The notes under the pieces are model-generated. The model was given only the letters and a program-made list of their open reading frames with translations, ran no database searches and was not told where the DNA came from. From Betaproteobacteria bacterium (lineage in GTDB: Bacteria > Pseudomonadota > Gammaproteobacteria > Burkholderiales > Ga0077523): 64,000 bases of DNA. The position numbers and the translations under genes are program-made. The first letter of the stretch is position 1. Every line of letters starts with the position of its first letter. The stretch is taken from positions 6,780 through 70,779 of the forward strand of contig WGLR01000011.1 in assembly GCA_016125475.1 (NCBI GenBank), given 5' to 3'. Shown here piece after piece: positions 61,936 to 64,000 of this stretch.

Positions 61936-63054
61936 TCAGCGATGACGGCCGGAGCCGCCCGAGGCCTCACGGAGCGCACTCAGAAACCGTTCGTTCTCTT
62001 CGGGCAGCCCGATGGACACTCGCAGCCATTCCGGCATGGCGTATCCACCGATCGGGCGGACGATCACACCCAGCCTCAGGAGTTTCTGGTACATGTCCGA
62101 ACCCGCCCCGACGCGGACGCAGACGAAATTCCCTCGCGAGGGCAGAACCTCGAAACCCTGAGCCGCCACGCCGTCGGCAACCTGCTTCATTCCCTCGAGG
62201 TTTAGGGCGCGACTCCGTGCGACGTAATCGTCATCGCCAAGGCACGCGATCGCGCCCGCCTGCGCCACCGAATTGACGTTGAAGGGCTGACGCACGCGGT
62301 TCATGAGGTCCGCCACGTCGGGATGCGCAAGCGCAAAACCGACGCGCATGCCCGCGAGACCGAAGGCCTTCGAGAACGTGCGCGTGACGACGAGGTTCGG
62401 GAACTCGCGGATCCAGGGAATGCTGTCGTACCGATCCTGATCGCCGAGGTACTCGGTGTACGCCTCGTCCAGCACGACGGTCACACGCTTCGGCACCTTT
62501 GCGAGAAAGACTCGCAGCGCTTCGCCGGAAACGAATGTCCCGGTGGGATTGTTCGGATTCGCGATGAACACGATCGCGGTGTCGTCGCGGATCGCACCCA
62601 GCATTGCGTCGAGGTCGTGCCCGAAGTCCACGGCCGGCGTTTCGATGTGGATCGCCCCCACGCTCTGCACCGACAGCGCGTACACCGCGAATGCGTGTCG
62701 GGAGTAGACCCCGCTGCGTCCGGGGGCGAGAAAGGTGCGTGCGGCCAGTTCGAGGACGTCGTTCGATCCGTTTCCGAGCACGATCTGCGTCATGTCGACG
62801 CCGTACTTCGTCGAGATCGCGCGCTTCAGCTCGAAACCGTTCCCGTCGGGATATCTGGCGATGTCACGGAGCGCGCCCCGCATCGCCTCGAGGGCTCGTT
62901 CACTGGGTCCGAGCGGATTCTCGTTGGACGCGAGCTTGACGATGCCGGCTTCGTCCAGCCCCATCTCCCGCGCCAGCTCCTGGGCGGGCTTGCCCGGGAT
63001 GTACGGTGCGATGGAACGGATCCACGACGGTGCGGATTCACAGGGATCGATCAT
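61936..63054 (-). CDS. hisC: histidinol-phosphate/aromatic aminotransferase
   Basis: PY.PGKP, NENP.G, LDEAY and TFSKAFGLAGMR (PLP lysine) motifs. ATG at 63054 preferred over the TTG at 63063. Confidence 0.88.
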   Translation of the reverse strand: MIDPCESAPSWIRSIAPYIPGKPAQELAREMGLDEAGIVKLASNENPLGPSERALEAMRGALRDIARYPDGNGFELKRAISTKYGVDMTQIVLGNGSNDVLELAARTFLAPGRSGVYSRHAFAVYALSVQSVGAIHIETPAVDFGHDLDAMLGAIRDDTAIVFIANPNNPTGTFVSGEALRVFLAKVPKRVTVVLDEAYTEYLGDQDRYDSIPWIREFPNLVVTRTFSKAFGLAGMRVGFALAHPDVADLMNRVRQPFNVNSVAQAGAIACLGDDDYVARSRALNLEGMKQVADGVAAQGFEVLPSRGNFVCVRVGAGSDMYQKLLRLGVIVRPIGGYAMPEWLRVSIGLPEENERFLSALREASGGSGRHR

Positions 63055-63059
63055 GTTTT

Positions 63060-64000
63060 TCAACCTGCGGCAGCGGGGTAAGACCCGAGTATCTTCAGGA
63101 AGGCGGTCTGGCGTTTCAGCTCGGCGATTGCCTGGGCGACACGCTCGTCCTGCTCGTGGCCTTCCACGTCCAGATAGAACACGTACTCCCAGAGACCGGT
63201 GCGCGACGGGCGGGACTCGAGCCGGGAAAGGCTCACCTGATGCTGGGCAATCGGGCCAAGGAGTTCGTGCAATCCACCCGGCCGGTTCGGCGCGCTCATC
63301 ACGATGGACGTCTTGTCGCGGCCCGAGGGCGCGACTTCCTGATCCCCGATGACGAGAAATCGCGTCGTGTTCGAGGGCTCATCCTCGATGTTCGAGGCGT
63401 GAACGCGTACGCCGTACAGTTCTCCCGCCGCACGCGACGCGATCGCGGCCGCGGCCGCCTCACTGCCGGCCCGTCTCGCCGCCTCGCCATTGCTGGCGAC
63501 GGCAATGCGCTCCACGCCGGGGAGGTGACGCGACAGCCATGCATTGCACTGTGCCAGTGCCTGCGCGTGTCCGTAGACCGCCGACACGTCCTGGGCGGTT
63601 TCCGCGTTGGTCAGCAGGCAATGGTGAATCGGAAGCAGGACTTCGCCGCAGATGCGCAGGTTCGTGGCGAACAGCAGGTCCAGCGTGACGCCGATCCCCC
63701 CTTCCGTCGAGTTCTCCACGGGCACCACGCCATAGCCGGCGAACGAAGATTCCACCCGATGGAACACTTCCGGAATCGACGCACACGCCTCCAGCTCGGT
63801 ACCGGCCCCGAACTGCTTGAGGGTGGCTTCCTCGCTGTACGTGCCGCGGGGACCGAGAAACGCCACGCGCATCGTGCTTTCGAGCGCCCGGCACGCCGAG
63901 ATGATCTCGACGAACAGGTGTTGCACCGCGGAAGCCGGCAGCGGGCCACGGTTCAGGTCCGTGAGCCGGCGCAGGACCTGTGCCTCGCGTTCGGGCCGGT
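63060..64000 (-). CDS. pheA: chorismate mutase/prephenate dehydratase (P-protein), N-terminus outside window
   Basis: PDT domain (VAFLGP.GTYSE), TRF motif and ACT domain (ESRPS). The frame stays open upstream of 63926 through a chorismate-mutase-like segment (REAQVLRRL...) to the window edge. Confidence 0.9.
   Translation of the reverse strand, partial: RPEREAQVLRRLTDLNRGPLPASAVQHLFVEIISACRALESTMRVAFLGPRGTYSEEATLKQFGAGTELEACASIPEVFHRVESSFAGYGVVPVENSTEGGIGVTLDLLFATNLRICGEVLLPIHHCLLTNAETAQDVSAVYGHAQALAQCNAWLSRHLPGVERIAVASNGEAARRAGSEAAAAAIASRAAGELYGVRVHASNIEDEPSNTTRFLVIGDQEVAPSGRDKTSIVMSAPNRPGGLHELLGPIAQHQVSLSRLESRPSRTGLWEYVFYLDVEGHEQDERVAQAIAELKRQTAFLKILGSYPAAAG

Overview
High-GC (about two-thirds G+C from hand counts of sample lines) proteobacterial chromosome segment. 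The right-hand gene order, pheA-hisC-tyrA-aroA::cmk-rpsA-ihfB-lapA-lapB-pyrF-ugd-hldA, then hldD-cysM, is the arrangement I associate with Betaproteobacteria (inference). I can support about 60 protein genes, 5 tRNAs (Arg-CCT; a Pro-TGG/Arg-TCT/His-GTG operon; Ser-TGA), several rho-independent terminators and one near-consensus promoter. I recognised no rRNA, CRISPR array, transposase or integrase. Most of the window is housekeeping: dgoK/dgoA, gabD, mlaA, rhlE, the ABC-F ATPases uup and yheS, htpX, katG, rlmD, pckG, LPS-heptose genes, and aromatic amino acid genes. The main finding is a lower-GC island of about 9.5 kb (about 35.0-44.65 kb) between katG and the 3' end of tRNA-Ser(TGA). It encodes a SAM-dependent methyltransferase, a fatty-acyl-AMP ligase, a stand-alone acyl carrier protein and a membrane di-iron desaturase. 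It also encodes a LuxR-type regulator and an 810-aa ORF (788 aa from the preferred ATG at 41931) that fuses a PLP-dependent alpha-oxoamine synthase (AONS/Spt/CqsA-LqsA family) to a C-terminal domain of about 370 aa with a GNAT-like motif. I read this as an uncharacterised pathway for a lipid-derived aminoketone, N-acyl or sphingoid-like metabolite or signal. Secondary items are a rhombosortase/GlyGly-CTERM lipoprotein pair, an AtuA-like (DUF1446/DUF4387) catabolic operon, an MFS::acyltransferase fusion, an aroA::cmk fusion and a gene-poor 1.5 kb stretch upstream of katG. Functional calls come from my own recognition of protein motifs in the supplied translations. No database search was run.
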